From Bacteroidota bacterium (GTDB taxonomy: Bacteria; Bacteroidota; Bacteroidia; Palsa-948), in assembly GCA_023251675.1 (NCBI GenBank), contig JAHEYJ010000002.1, positions 1 to 56,816 on the forward strand: DNA of 56,816 nt, read 5' to 3'. The notes under the pieces were generated by a model. It was not told the origin of the DNA, made no database searches, and saw only the letters and a program-made list of their open reading frames with translations. Shown in pieces: positions 8,464-17,546 of the stretch (positions within the stretch are counted from its first letter, which is position 1; each line of letters begins with the position of its first letter). A program made the translations under genes and the position numbers.

Positions 8464-10521
8464 ATGACAAATCGTCTTATTCACGAATCGAGTCCTTATT
8501 TGTTGCAGCACGCACATAATCCTGTGGATTGGTTCCCGTGGTGCGATGAAGCATTTACAAAAGCGCGAACGGAAAATAAATTAGTACTGGTGAGTATCGG
8601 CTATTCAGCCTGCCACTGGTGCCACGTGATGGAGCACGAGAGTTTTGAGGATGAAGAAGTGGCGCGCATGATGAATGAAAACTTTGTCTGTATTAAGGTG
8701 GATCGTGAAGAACGTCCTGACGTGGACAGTGTTTATATGACCGCCGTTCAGATCATGACCGTGAGCGGAGGCTGGCCGCTGAACTGTTTTACGCTGCCCG
8801 ATGGCAGGCCGATTTACGGAGGAACTTATTTCCAGCAGGAGCAATGGATGAAAACGCTGCAAACACTTTCAGACTATTTTAAAACTGAACCGGAAAAAGT
8901 TTTTCAATATGCAGACGAGTTGACTTCGGCTGTGAAACAGGCAGAGCTCGTTCCTGCTTTTAGCGACAAACCTGCGTTCACGAAAGAGATATTGGATTCC
9001 TGCTATGAAAACTGGAAAAAACGATTCGACAATAATGAAGGCGGCCCGAGCCGCGTTCCGAAATTTCCGCTTCCGAACAATTACTTGTTCCTGCTGAGAT
9101 ATTCGCAGACGCTCAGCCAGTGGGAGAGAACAAATCTTATCAGGCATATTGATCTGACGCTAACTAAAATGGCTTACGGCGGAATTTACGATCAGATCGG
9201 CGGCGGCTTTGCGCGTTACTCGACCGATGGTTATTGGAAAGTCCCGCATTTTGAAAAAATGCTTTATGATAATGCGCAACTGGTTTCACTCTATTCCGAA
9301 GCATATCAGCTCACAAAAAATAATTTGTACAAGCAAATTGTTTTCGAAACGCTTGAATTCATCTGCCGTGAGATGACTTCCCCGTCAGCTGACGGGGGAT
9401 TTTATTCAGCACTGGATGCGGATTCGGAAGGAGAGGAAGGAAAATATTATGTATGGACAAAAGAGAGCCTCACCCAAACCCTCTCCGAAGGAGAGGACTT
9501 AGAGCTTTTCTGCGATTATTTCAATGTGAACGAGATCGGATTTTGGGAAGATGAAAACCATATTCTTCTTAGAAAAAAATCAGATGAGGAAATAGCGAAA
9601 ATATTCGGGCTAAGTACCGAAGAATTGCAACGAAAGATCTCGGAAATGAAAAAGAAAGTCCTGGCAGTGCGTGAAAAAAGGATCAAACCCGGACTTGACA
9701 ATAAAATTCTCACTTCGTGGAACGCCATCATGATAAAAGGATATGCCGATGCGTATTCTGTGTTTCATGAAAAGGAATTTTTGGATGCTGCGTTGAACGG
9801 CGCGAGTTACATTATGAAATATTGTTCAAGTGAAGACAAGGGCTTATTACACCTCACCCCCAACCCCTCTCCCGGGGGAGAGGGGAGAAGGGGAGAGGTC
9901 AATGGATTTCTTGAGGACTACGCTTTCACCATTGAAGCGTTCATTTCGCTGTATGCAGTTACTTTTGATGCCGCGTGGCTGAAAAGGGCAAAATCGCTGG
10001 CGGAATATGCGCTTAAGCATTTTTACGATCCGGCTTCCTCTATGTTTTATTTCACGTCCGACCTGGATTCGGCGCTCATTGCCCGCAAAATGGAGATCCA
10101 GGACAATGTCATTCCTTCTTCAAATTCCGCTATGGCGAAGTCACTGTTTTATCTCGGAAAATATTTTGACAACAAACAATATGCTGAGATCTCTGAGAAG
10201 ATGCTGAAACAGGTTCAGCAGGAAATTTCTGCTTACGGTTCCGGCTATTCTAATTGGGCGATGCTGCTGCTGCACTTCACGCATCCCTTCTATGAAGTCG
10301 CCATTGTTGGAAACTCTGTTGATGAAAAAAGAAAAGCCCTGTCCGAACGTTACCTTCCTAACGCGATTTTTGTAGGTAGTAAATCATCAGGCGAACTTCC
10401 TCTTCTTGAAAACAAGTATGTGGAGGGCAAAACGCTGATCTACGTATGCGAAAACAAAACATGCAAAGCACCGACAGAACGTATAGAGGAAGTATGGGCC
10501 CAGCTGGATCTTTTACCGTAG
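8464..10521 (+). CDS. thioredoxin domain-containing protein (DUF255 / YyaL-like)
   Basis: Contains [17 protein letters not shown] and [19 protein letters not shown]. Start set at ATG 8464; the track start at 8443 is TTG. Confidence 0.85.
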   Translation: MTNRLIHESSPYLLQHAHNPVDWFPWCDEAFTKARTENKLVLVSIGYSACHWCHVMEHESFEDEEVARMMNENFVCIKVDREERPDVDSVYMTAVQIMTVSGGWPLNCFTLPDGRPIYGGTYFQQEQWMKTLQTLSDYFKTEPEKVFQYADELTSAVKQAELVPAFSDKPAFTKEILDSCYENWKKRFDNNEGGPSRVPKFPLPNNYLFLLRYSQTLSQWERTNLIRHIDLTLTKMAYGGIYDQIGGGFARYSTDGYWKVPHFEKMLYDNAQLVSLYSEAYQLTKNNLYKQIVFETLEFICREMTSPSADGGFYSALDADSEGEEGKYYVWTKESLTQTLSEGEDLELFCDYFNVNEIGFWEDENHILLRKKSDEEIAKIFGLSTEELQRKISEMKKKVLAVREKRIKPGLDNKILTSWNAIMIKGYADAYSVFHEKEFLDAALNGASYIMKYCSSEDKGLLHLTPNPSPGGEGRRGEVNGFLEDYAFTIEAFISLYAVTFDAAWLKRAKSLAEYALKHFYDPASSMFYFTSDLDSALIARKMEIQDNVIPSSNSAMAKSLFYLGKYFDNKQYAEISEKMLKQVQQEISAYGSGYSNWAMLLLHFTHPFYEVAIVGNSVDEKRKALSERYLPNAIFVGSKSSGELPLLENKYVEGKTLIYVCENKTCKAPTERIEEVWAQLDLLP
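9480..9496. repeat. CCTCTCC/GGAGAGG hairpin inside a CDS
   Basis: cctctcc-gaa-ggagagg gives a perfect 7-bp stem. It encodes LSEGED. Confidence 0.6.
9864..9898. repeat. GC-rich REP-like hairpin inside a CDS
   Basis: cccctctccc-gg-gggagagggg, followed by the partial copy agaaggggagagg. It encodes [13 protein letters not shown]. Confidence 0.8.
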
Positions 10522-11558
10522 CCGCTTACCATTTGTTTCTCAGAAGAAGGTATAAGGAATTTGGTATAAGGAATAAGGCCGTTTTGTGTTTCCTTATTTC
10601 CCTATACCTTATACCCGTTACCTCTTCCGCCCAGATCATCGTTCCGAAGATCATCGGCATTTCCGTCAGCGATCCTCCTTTCAATCATGAGTTCATAAAG
10701 AAGAATAAGATCAAGACGATCACCGCAAGCGTGGTGGACAAACCCGACGGCGAGATCATCCGCGACAAAGGGTTGGCGCAGGTGTATGCGTTTGATACGA
10801 GCGGAAACCTCATGCATCATTACTATAATGAAATTACTGCGCTGGCGAAAACCGAAACAGAAATTCCGGCCGCGTACAATAAACACGGACGGGTGGTCAA
10901 GAAATCATTTACCAAAGTTGATTTCCAGTACCAGTACGATACGCTGGGTACGGAATATTCGTATACGTCCACCGGTTACGTGGTCATGAAACGCGTCTGC
11001 ATCGGCGATTTTTATAACACAACGTACTATGAATATTTCGGCGACGGGCTGGTGAGCCGCCAGGTGCTTTGCAAGGAAACCAACATCGCCAAACCGGGCG
11101 AGCCATTCAAGCTGGGCGTGCAGAAGATCCTGACGGAAGAAAAATTTCTGTATGAGAATTTAAGTCCTACGCAGGTGAAGAAACAATTTCTGAACGATGA
11201 AGGAAAATCCTACAAGCAGGGAATAATAAATTTCCAGAACGGGAAACCCGTTGACGAAGAATACCAGTTCGTGGTCGGGTTCATCCGCTCGGGCGTGACG
11301 TATAAATATGATGCAGGCAGCCGGTTGGTAGAACGGACAACAACAGACAACTCCAGCGGCATCACTACGGAGGAACAAACCTTTGATTACGATACGAACG
11401 GAAATGTAACTTCTGAAAAGAAGTTCAAGAACGGAACTCAGAGCGATGAAGTGGTTTACCTGTACGACGAATCAAAAAAATTACTCACCTCGCAGATCGA
11501 CAGGCAAACCTTAAAGGCAAGTATAAAGATCGTGAAGTACGAGTATACGTTCTATTAG
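10494..11558 (+). CDS. hypothetical secreted protein with YD-repeat-like motifs
   Basis: [15 protein letters not shown] and [14 protein letters not shown] resemble YD repeats. A hydrophobic segment ends in SSAQ. The start is uncertain: ATG 10494 overlaps the upstream gene, and TTG 10584 is an alternative. Confidence 0.5.
   Translation: MGPAGSFTVAAYHLFLRRRYKEFGIRNKAVLCFLISLYLIPVTSSAQIIVPKIIGISVSDPPFNHEFIKKNKIKTITASVVDKPDGEIIRDKGLAQVYAFDTSGNLMHHYYNEITALAKTETEIPAAYNKHGRVVKKSFTKVDFQYQYDTLGTEYSYTSTGYVVMKRVCIGDFYNTTYYEYFGDGLVSRQVLCKETNIAKPGEPFKLGVQKILTEEKFLYENLSPTQVKKQFLNDEGKSYKQGIINFQNGKPVDEEYQFVVGFIRSGVTYKYDAGSRLVERTTTDNSSGITTEEQTFDYDTNGNVTSEKKFKNGTQSDEVVYLYDESKKLLTSQIDRQTLKASIKIVKYEYTFY
10547..10623. 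repeat. inverted pair of heptamer arrays
   Basis: aaggtat aaggaat ttggtat aaggaat aaggccg, then spacer ttttgtg, then tttcctt atttccc tatacct tataccc gttacct. The two arms are largely complementary. Confidence 0.8.
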
Positions 11559-11983
11559 CAAGAGATCTTTCTCACCCTTCCCTCATGCCTTCCGCCTTCA
11601 AATGCGGTTGAGAGAAAAACATCCACACATTTTTTAGCTTCCGCTTCTTCAATGAAACGTGCCGGTAACGTGAGAATGTTTGCATCGTTGTGCAGGCGGG
11701 CGAGTTTTGCAATCTCAGAATTCCAGCAGAGCGCTGCGCGAATTCCCGGGTGTTTATTGGCGGCCATGTTGATGCCGTTCCCGCTGCCGCACATGAGCAG
11801 TCCAAAATCAAATTCTTTTTTCTCCACAGCCACCGCAACCGGGTGCGCGAAGTCCGCATAGTCGGCGCTTTGTTCAGAATAGCAGCCGAAGTCTTTTACT
11901 TCGATGCCTTTGTCAATTAAATATTTTTTCAGTTTCTCTTTTAAAGAAAAACCTGCGTGATCGGATCCGATTGCAATCTTCAT
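11555..11983 (-). CDS. rpiB: ribose 5-phosphate isomerase B
   Basis: 142 aa. MKIAIGSDHAGFSLKEKL and MCGSGNG are RpiB/LacAB motifs. Confidence 0.9.
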   Translation of the reverse strand: MKIAIGSDHAGFSLKEKLKKYLIDKGIEVKDFGCYSEQSADYADFAHPVAVAVEKKEFDFGLLMCGSGNGINMAANKHPGIRAALCWNSEIAKLARLHNDANILTLPARFIEEAEAKKCVDVFLSTAFEGGRHEGRVRKISC

Positions 11984-11992
11984 TTCTGTTTA

Positions 11993-12057
11993 GTTAATTG
12001 GGTAATTAAGTTAATTGGGTAATTGGTCAACAGCCCTAATTACCCAATTACCTAATC
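11993..12057. repeat. AT-rich direct plus inverted repeat (taattgggtaatt words) forming a 13-bp hairpin
   Basis: taattgggtaatt at 12012-12024 pairs with aattacccaatta at 12038-12050. A direct copy lies at 11993-12010. The element sits between the hmgA stop and the rpiB start. Confidence 0.75.
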
Positions 12058-12059
12058 AA

Positions 12060-13217
12060 CTATTCTACCCATGATTTAAAATATTTCCCGTCATCAATTT
12101 TCATAGCCGCTTCGGTTACCATCAGCGGACGGAACGTATCGACCATCACAGCCAGTTCCTGCGTTTCTTTTTGCCCGATGCTGCGTTCCATGGAACCCGG
12201 CGCCGGCCCGTGCGGAATTCCTTTCGGATGTAGCGTGAGATCGCCTTCCGAAATATTGTTCCGGCTCATGAACTCGTTGTTCGCGTAATATAAAACCTCA
12301 TCTGAATCAATATTGCTGTGATTGTACGGAGATGGAATTGATCTCGGGTGATAATCATACAGGCGCGGCACGAACGAGCAAACTACATACATATTGGTTT
12401 CAAAAGTCTGATGCACCGGCGGCGGCTGATGCACTCTTCCGGTGATCGGTTCAAAGTTGTGGATCGAAAATCCATAGGGGAAATTGTATCCGTCCCATCC
12501 AACCACATCGAACGGATGCGACGCATAAACCACTTCGTGCATCATTCCTTCTTTTTTTATTTTCATTAGGAAACTTCCTTTGCGGTCATAGGTCTCAAGA
12601 TTTTTCGGGAGTTTGTAATCGCGTTCACAGAACGGGGAATGTTCCAGCAATTGCCCGAAAGGATTCCGGTAACGCTTCGGCGTATAGATCGGAGAGAAGG
12701 ATTCGAGATACAGCAAACGGTTTTCTTTTGTGTCGAAATCCACCTGGTAGATCATCCCGCGCGGGATGATGAGATAATCTCCGCCTTCAAATTTTATATT
12801 GCCAAGAAATGTGCGCAGCGTTCCGGTTCCTTTGTGAATGAAAAGTAGTTCATCCGCATCGGCATTCTTGTAAAAATAATTCCGGAACGATTTTTTGGGC
12901 GCAGCAAGTCCGAGATACACATCGCTGTTGACGAGCAGGGGCGTCCGGCTTTCGAGGAAATCATCCTTCGCTTCAATTTTAAATCCCGCCAGCTGCATCG
13001 CTTTGATATTTTTCTTGACGGCGATCTTCGGCTCGACGCTGTAGGATTTCACAATTTCCTTCACCATCGTCGGACGGTGAACATGATAGAGCAGGGAAGA
13101 CATTCCGGAGAATCCTTCCGTTCCGAAAAGTTGTTCGTACTGGTGTTTGCCTTTGCTGTTCTTAAAAACAACGTGGCGCTTTTGCGGGATCTTTCCGAGT
13201 TTGTGATAAATGGGCAT
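12060..13217 (-). CDS. hmgA: homogentisate 1,2-dioxygenase
   Basis: 385 aa. Full-length similarity to the HGD family is recognisable (MPIYHKLGKIPQKRHVVF, NFEPITGRVHQPPP). Confidence 0.88.
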   Translation of the reverse strand: MPIYHKLGKIPQKRHVVFKNSKGKHQYEQLFGTEGFSGMSSLLYHVHRPTMVKEIVKSYSVEPKIAVKKNIKAMQLAGFKIEAKDDFLESRTPLLVNSDVYLGLAAPKKSFRNYFYKNADADELLFIHKGTGTLRTFLGNIKFEGGDYLIIPRGMIYQVDFDTKENRLLYLESFSPIYTPKRYRNPFGQLLEHSPFCERDYKLPKNLETYDRKGSFLMKIKKEGMMHEVVYASHPFDVVGWDGYNFPYGFSIHNFEPITGRVHQPPPVHQTFETNMYVVCSFVPRLYDYHPRSIPSPYNHSNIDSDEVLYYANNEFMSRNNISEGDLTLHPKGIPHGPAPGSMERSIGQKETQELAVMVDTFRPLMVTEAAMKIDDGKYFKSWVE

Positions 13218-13245
13218 GGGGGTTATTTTAAGGGCCTCTCCTAAA

Positions 13246-13263
13246 TCCTCTCCTCAGAGAGGA
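13246..13263. repeat. CCTCTCC/GGAGAGG-family hairpin
   Basis: tcctctc-ctca-gagagga. A half copy, cctctcc, lies just upstream at 13235-13241. Confidence 0.6.
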
Positions 13264-13316
13264 CTTTGAGGAAAATTATTTTTAAAATCTATTTGCAAAT
13301 TTACATTATTTCTTTG

Positions 13317-13335
13317 CCCTCCCTAATGGGGAGGG
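13317..13335. repeat. GC-rich hairpin just downstream of the ispG stop
   Basis: ccctccc-taatg-gggaggg. It may act as the ispG terminator. Confidence 0.55.
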
Positions 13336-13348
13336 TTGGGTGGAGCGT

Positions 13349-15313
13349 TTATTTTTCTTCCACCCAATCTCCATTTTCTTTGATGAGGCTGATAAGTTCG
13401 TCCACTGCAGTTTCAGAAGAGATATTTCTTTTCACCACTTCTTTTCCTTTGTACAGCGTGATCTTTCCGACTCCTGTTCCCACGTAACCGTAATCCGCAT
13501 CCGCCATTTCGCCGGGGCCGTTCACGATGCAGCCCATGATCCCGATCTTAACTCCTTTAAGGTGCGAAGTGCGTGAGCGGATCTTTGCGGTGGTTTCCTG
13601 AAGATCAAAAAGTGTTCTGCCGCACGACGGACAGGAAATATATTCTGTTTTAGAAATGCGCGTTCGTGTTGCCTGGAGAATTCCGAAAGCGGTAGAATTG
13701 GTTAATTGCCGGTTTTCAGTTTCCTGTTTATGGTTAGAGATCCAAATCCCATCACCGAAACCATCGAGCAGCAATGCACCAAGATCGGTAGAGGAATACA
13801 GTTGGAGTTTTTCTTCTGATAAATCTTTATAGCTGCGCTTGATGATGACAGGAATTTTTGAATTCAGATGCAGTAGTTCGAAGAACATTTTTCGCTGCTC
13901 TGCCATGCCATGGTCGTTTGATGTTTCAACTATCAGTACAACCGTAGGATCCAAATTGAGAATTGAGAATTGAGAATTGAAAATTGAATCCAGCGTGACA
14001 GCAACAAAATTTAACTCTTTGGACCTTTCTTTCGCAGAAAAATATTCTTCACTATTAAAGAGCGGATAAGTTCGATTTTTATTTTTCAGTTTTGAAAATG
14101 TTTTTGCATTGTAGATCAAACCAAGCGTTCCAGGAATTTGGAAATCAATTTCATTATCACCCAAATAAATATAATCGCATGCCTGGTCGGAAAGATTCCA
14201 TTTGTCAAGCTTTTCGGAATAGTTATACCCGACGGAGAATAATTGAGAAGGTGCAATTTTAGAGGTGAGGCCCGAAAAATCCGCAACCACCCTCGGAACG
14301 TTGTGGCCTCCAATATTGGAAACGGATATAGTTTCTCTTCTCTTATATTCAAAAGGATAATAATGCGGATTTTGACTTTTGACTTTTGACTTTTGACTTT
14401 TGACTTCTGCCTTTTCTCTTTTAGAATATCTCTCCGCAAAATTCTTCGCCACCGGAATTTCAAACTCCGGTTCTTCGGTCAGCGAAACACGGATGGTGTC
14501 GCCTAATCCGTCTTCCAGCAATGTTCCGATCCCCACAGCAGATTTTATTCTTCCGTCTTCGCCATCGCCGGCTTCGGTAACGCCCAGATGCAATGGATAA
14601 TTCCTGTCAGTCTGCAGCATTTTATTCACCAGCAAACGATACGCCTGCACCATCACCTGCGTGTTGCTGGCTTTCATGGAAAGGACGATGTCGAAATATT
14701 TTTTTTCCTCGCAGATACGGAGAAATTCAAAAGCGCTTTCCACCATGCCGAGCGGTGTATCGCCGTAGCGGCTGAGGATCCGATCGGACAACGAACCGTG
14801 ATTCGTTCCGATGCGCATCGCGGTTCCGTTCTCTTTGCAGATCTTTATCAGCGGAAGGAACCGTTCGCGGATCCGTTCCAGTTCTTCATCGTAGGTTTTA
14901 TCGGTGTATTCAATGTGCTCGAATTTTTTCCGGTCGGCATAGTTGCCGGGATTCACCCGTACTTTTTCTACAATACGCGCGGCAAGCTCAGCGGCATTGG
15001 GAGTGAAATGAATATCGGCGCAGAGCGGAGTTTTGTATCCCCGCTTACGCAGTTCCTTTTTTATGTTCTCAAGATTTTTTGCTTCGTTGATGCTCGGCGC
15101 GGTGATACGCACCAATTCGCATCCGGCTTCGATCATGCGGATGCTTTGCTCAACGGTTTTTTTCGTATCCATCGTATCCGTCGTGGTCATGGACTGGATA
15201 CGGATCGGATTGTTGCCGCCAATGCCCAATTCGCCCACTTTAACTTCCCTGGTTTTTAAGCGGGAATAATGAAAAAGCGAATTGCAATAATTGATATTTG
15301 TTTTTATAGACAC
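13349..15313 (-). CDS. ispG: 4-hydroxy-3-methylbut-2-enyl diphosphate synthase, long Bacteroidota form
   Basis: Contains NPIRIQSMTTTDT and ISCPSCGRT...GCIVNGPGE. The start is uncertain: GTG 15313 is preferred over the track TTG at 15394. Confidence 0.9.
   Translation of the reverse strand: MSIKTNINYCNSLFHYSRLKTREVKVGELGIGGNNPIRIQSMTTTDTMDTKKTVEQSIRMIEAGCELVRITAPSINEAKNLENIKKELRKRGYKTPLCADIHFTPNAAELAARIVEKVRVNPGNYADRKKFEHIEYTDKTYDEELERIRERFLPLIKICKENGTAMRIGTNHGSLSDRILSRYGDTPLGMVESAFEFLRICEEKKYFDIVLSMKASNTQVMVQAYRLLVNKMLQTDRNYPLHLGVTEAGDGEDGRIKSAVGIGTLLEDGLGDTIRVSLTEEPEFEIPVAKNFAERYSKREKAEVKSQKSKVKSQNPHYYPFEYKRRETISVSNIGGHNVPRVVADFSGLTSKIAPSQLFSVGYNYSEKLDKWNLSDQACDYIYLGDNEIDFQIPGTLGLIYNAKTFSKLKNKNRTYPLFNSEEYFSAKERSKELNFVAVTLDSIFNSQFSILNLDPTVVLIVETSNDHGMAEQRKMFFELLHLNSKIPVIIKRSYKDLSEEKLQLYSSTDLGALLLDGFGDGIWISNHKQETENRQLTNSTAFGILQATRTRISKTEYISCPSCGRTLFDLQETTAKIRSRTSHLKGVKIGIMGCIVNGPGEMADADYGYVGTGVGKITLYKGKEVVKRNISSETAVDELISLIKENGDWVEEK
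13954..13988. repeat. heptamer array (aattgag)x5, in frame in ispG
   Basis: aattgag x3 followed by aattgaa x2. It encodes FNSQFSILNL on the minus strand. Confidence 0.9.
14370..14404. repeat. heptamer array (ttttgac)x5, in frame in ispG
   Basis: Five perfect ttttgac units. They encode KSQKSKVKSQ on the minus strand. Confidence 0.95.
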
Positions 15314-15434
15314 GCCAGACAAAAGTAATGTATATTTTTTTGAGCTAAATGAATGAAAAACAGACGGTTTTAAAATAAATCCGCAATGACCCAACCTTTT
15401 GCCTTTTCCATTCGTGTTAGTAGTTGAAAGGGCT

Positions 15435-15442
15435 TATTTTTG
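15435..15442 (+). promoter_or_regulatory. -7 box TATTTTTG upstream of the sigma gene
   Basis: Matches TAnnTTTG and lies 10 nt before ATG 15453. No clean -33 TTTG was found. Confidence 0.4.
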
Positions 15443-15452
15443 TATTTCTCAA

Positions 15453-16013
15453 ATGAATGTAGATCTTGATCTGATAACCGCCTGTATTAACCGTGAGCGA
15501 AAGGCGGAGTATGAGCTCTATAAGATGACCTATAGTTACCTGATGAGCATTTGTTTCAGATATACTAATTCGCGGGAAGAAGCCGAGGAAATGCTGAACA
15601 TAGGTTTTTTGAAAATACTAAAGAACCTCGAAAAATACCGTCCCGGGATCCCTTTCAAAACGTGGATACGGAAAGTGATGATCAATATTCTGATCGATGA
15701 ATACCGGAAAGAAAAAAAGCATCATGAGAACATTGAATATGTTGAAGAGTATGCTGAATCGAACAGCTATGCAGAACAGAATAATGTGATGGAAAAAATG
15801 AACGTGGAAGAGATACACGCGATGATCATGAAACTTCCGCCGATGAGCCAGAAGGTCTTTAATCTCTATGTGATCGACGGATTTAATCACAAGGAGATCG
15901 GTGGCATGCTGAATATGTCGGAAGGAACATCCAAATGGCATTTGAATTTTTCAAGGAATAAGCTGAAAGATATGATAGCGAAACTGGTTTCTCCTTTAAA
16001 AACTGCTGTATGA
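15453..16013 (+). CDS. ECF-type RNA polymerase sigma-70 family factor
   Basis: Start set at MNVDLDLITACINRERKAEYELY. Region 2 and region 4 (HKEIGGMLNMSEGTSKWHL) are recognisable. Paralogous to the sigma genes at 39013 and 40852. Confidence 0.85.
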   Translation: MNVDLDLITACINRERKAEYELYKMTYSYLMSICFRYTNSREEAEEMLNIGFLKILKNLEKYRPGIPFKTWIRKVMINILIDEYRKEKKHHENIEYVEEYAESNSYAEQNNVMEKMNVEEIHAMIMKLPPMSQKVFNLYVIDGFNHKEIGGMLNMSEGTSKWHLNFSRNKLKDMIAKLVSPLKTAV

Positions 16014-17542
16014 GCGACGACGAAAAATTTGACGATATCATCCGCGGGAAGTTCGCTGAGAAGGAGTTTGTCTTCAACGAAGAGAACTGGGAAAAGGCGG
16101 AACAAAAGATCGATTCTTCACGCCGGATCAGGAAATTCGGTAAGTGGGCGGTTGTCTTTACGATCGGGCTTTTCAGCGGGGTGGCGCTGATGTTTCCGTT
16201 TGTCGGCAATAAAAACGAGACTACGAAAAATGAAATTGCTGCAACAAGCGATAACAGGAAAACAGGAAATGAAATCGCTGAATTAAGAAGAACGGAGCAA
16301 GAAAAAAATGTTGCACCGCAGCCGGAATTTCCCGCGGATCAAAAAGAAGAAACCGCTTCGCCGGAAAACAAAAACACTCATGCAGAGCACAATTCAAGTT
16401 CGGATAAATCAAAAGATAATTCAATAATTGCTTCTGCTTCTTTTCCTGAGAAAGCGAATAAAAGAACAGCAGATCTTTCCGGCAAACCGAAACAGGAAAT
16501 AGCAGAAGTTGCTTCATCTCCGAAAACGCATCCGGACAAATCTTCTGAAGAAAATAATGCAACCGCATCCGGAAAGAAGAAAAATACTGAATCGAAGAAA
16601 GAAAATAAGAATTCATCGGGAGAAACAAAACCCGTTCCTGAAGAAAAAACAAAGTCAGAACAGTTGTTTGCTCAGAACATTCCTGATTCAGCTCAAAAAG
16701 AAACTGCGGAAGAGAAAAGTTCTGCAGTTACAGGTAAGAATACTGTAAATGAAAAACAGTCGTTGGCAGAACAAAAAAAGGCACTCAATGATTCGGCCTC
16801 TGAAAAAACAAAAGAGCCGGAAGTAAAAGGAGAATCTATTTCAAAAAGAACAACTCCGCTTGATTCTTCAGCGGCGATTTCACAAAGCAATGCCGCCGAG
16901 CAACCTGCAAAGCGTGGATTGGCGAGTGCAAATTTTGTTTCAATTGAAGGAGGAGCCGATTTTATTCTCGGCTGGAAATACCACGATACGCTTGAAGGAA
17001 GAGGGTTTAATCCCAGGTTTGGCTTTGGACTTATGCATTGTTTCAATCAAAAATGGGCGATTAGCTCCGGTTTGCTGTTCAGAAGTGTTTCTCATTTAAA
17101 TACAACCAAACAATATACAAGCACAACCTATGATTTCGGATCCATTACGATCGATACAGCGATTGAGACAAAATCACTTTATTATGTAATGCTTCCGCTT
17201 CAGCTGCATTATAGTTTTGATCAGAAAAATTCTATCAGCATTGGCGGATCGGCCTCCTGTCTTGTGAATTCAAGAAGCAATGTGGTAGTCACATCGAAAG
17301 ACAATTTTAATAAGACAGATGTTAACACCACAAAGCAATTCGGATTTATGAGCGGATACAGCCGGCTGGATGCAGCGATGTCAGTAGGATACAGAAGAAA
17401 GGTAACCGAAAAATTCAGCGTATCCGCGTCGGCGAGTTATGGATTGATCGATCTGCGGTCAAATTCATTTTTCGGGAAAAATACGTTTGAGCGAAACCTG
17501 GGACTGAACATTTCAGTCGTTTATGATCTATTTCAATTTTAA
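16010..17542 (+). CDS. sigma-linked membrane protein with C-terminal OM beta-barrel-like domain
   Basis: ATGA overlap with the sigma gene. It has a short N-terminus, one TM helix (WAVVFTIGLFSGVALMFPFVG), a roughly 250-aa K/E/S-rich linker, and about 200 aa of alternating beta pattern ending in VVYDLFQF. Confidence 0.65.
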   Translation: MSDDEKFDDIIRGKFAEKEFVFNEENWEKAEQKIDSSRRIRKFGKWAVVFTIGLFSGVALMFPFVGNKNETTKNEIAATSDNRKTGNEIAELRRTEQEKNVAPQPEFPADQKEETASPENKNTHAEHNSSSDKSKDNSIIASASFPEKANKRTADLSGKPKQEIAEVASSPKTHPDKSSEENNATASGKKKNTESKKENKNSSGETKPVPEEKTKSEQLFAQNIPDSAQKETAEEKSSAVTGKNTVNEKQSLAEQKKALNDSASEKTKEPEVKGESISKRTTPLDSSAAISQSNAAEQPAKRGLASANFVSIEGGADFILGWKYHDTLEGRGFNPRFGFGLMHCFNQKWAISSGLLFRSVSHLNTTKQYTSTTYDFGSITIDTAIETKSLYYVMLPLQLHYSFDQKNSISIGGSASCLVNSRSNVVVTSKDNFNKTDVNTTKQFGFMSGYSRLDAAMSVGYRRKVTEKFSVSASASYGLIDLRSNSFFGKNTFERNLGLNISVVYDLFQF

Positions 17543-17546
17543 AAAT

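Noticed and set aside
12060-13217. An isolated hmgA without neighbouring hppD or fahA, as a sign of a novel pathway context.
   Set aside because: Pathway genes are often dispersed in Bacteroidota, and the window is too small to judge. Nothing in the sequence itself is unusual apart from the flanking repeat hairpins.
13954-14404. The heptamer arrays as a CRISPR or other spacer-containing array.
   Set aside because: The units are 7 nt and directly abutting with no spacers. Arrays are about 35 nt long and lie inside ORFs. No cas genes are in the window.
15314-15452. Track starts at TTG 15394 (ispG) and TTG 15399 (sigma factor).
   Set aside because: Both extensions add non-conserved residues and would overlap the divergent promoter region. 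Internal starts at GTG 15313 and ATG 15453 fit the conserved N-termini and the nearby TAnnTTTG boxes. The ispG start remains uncertain.
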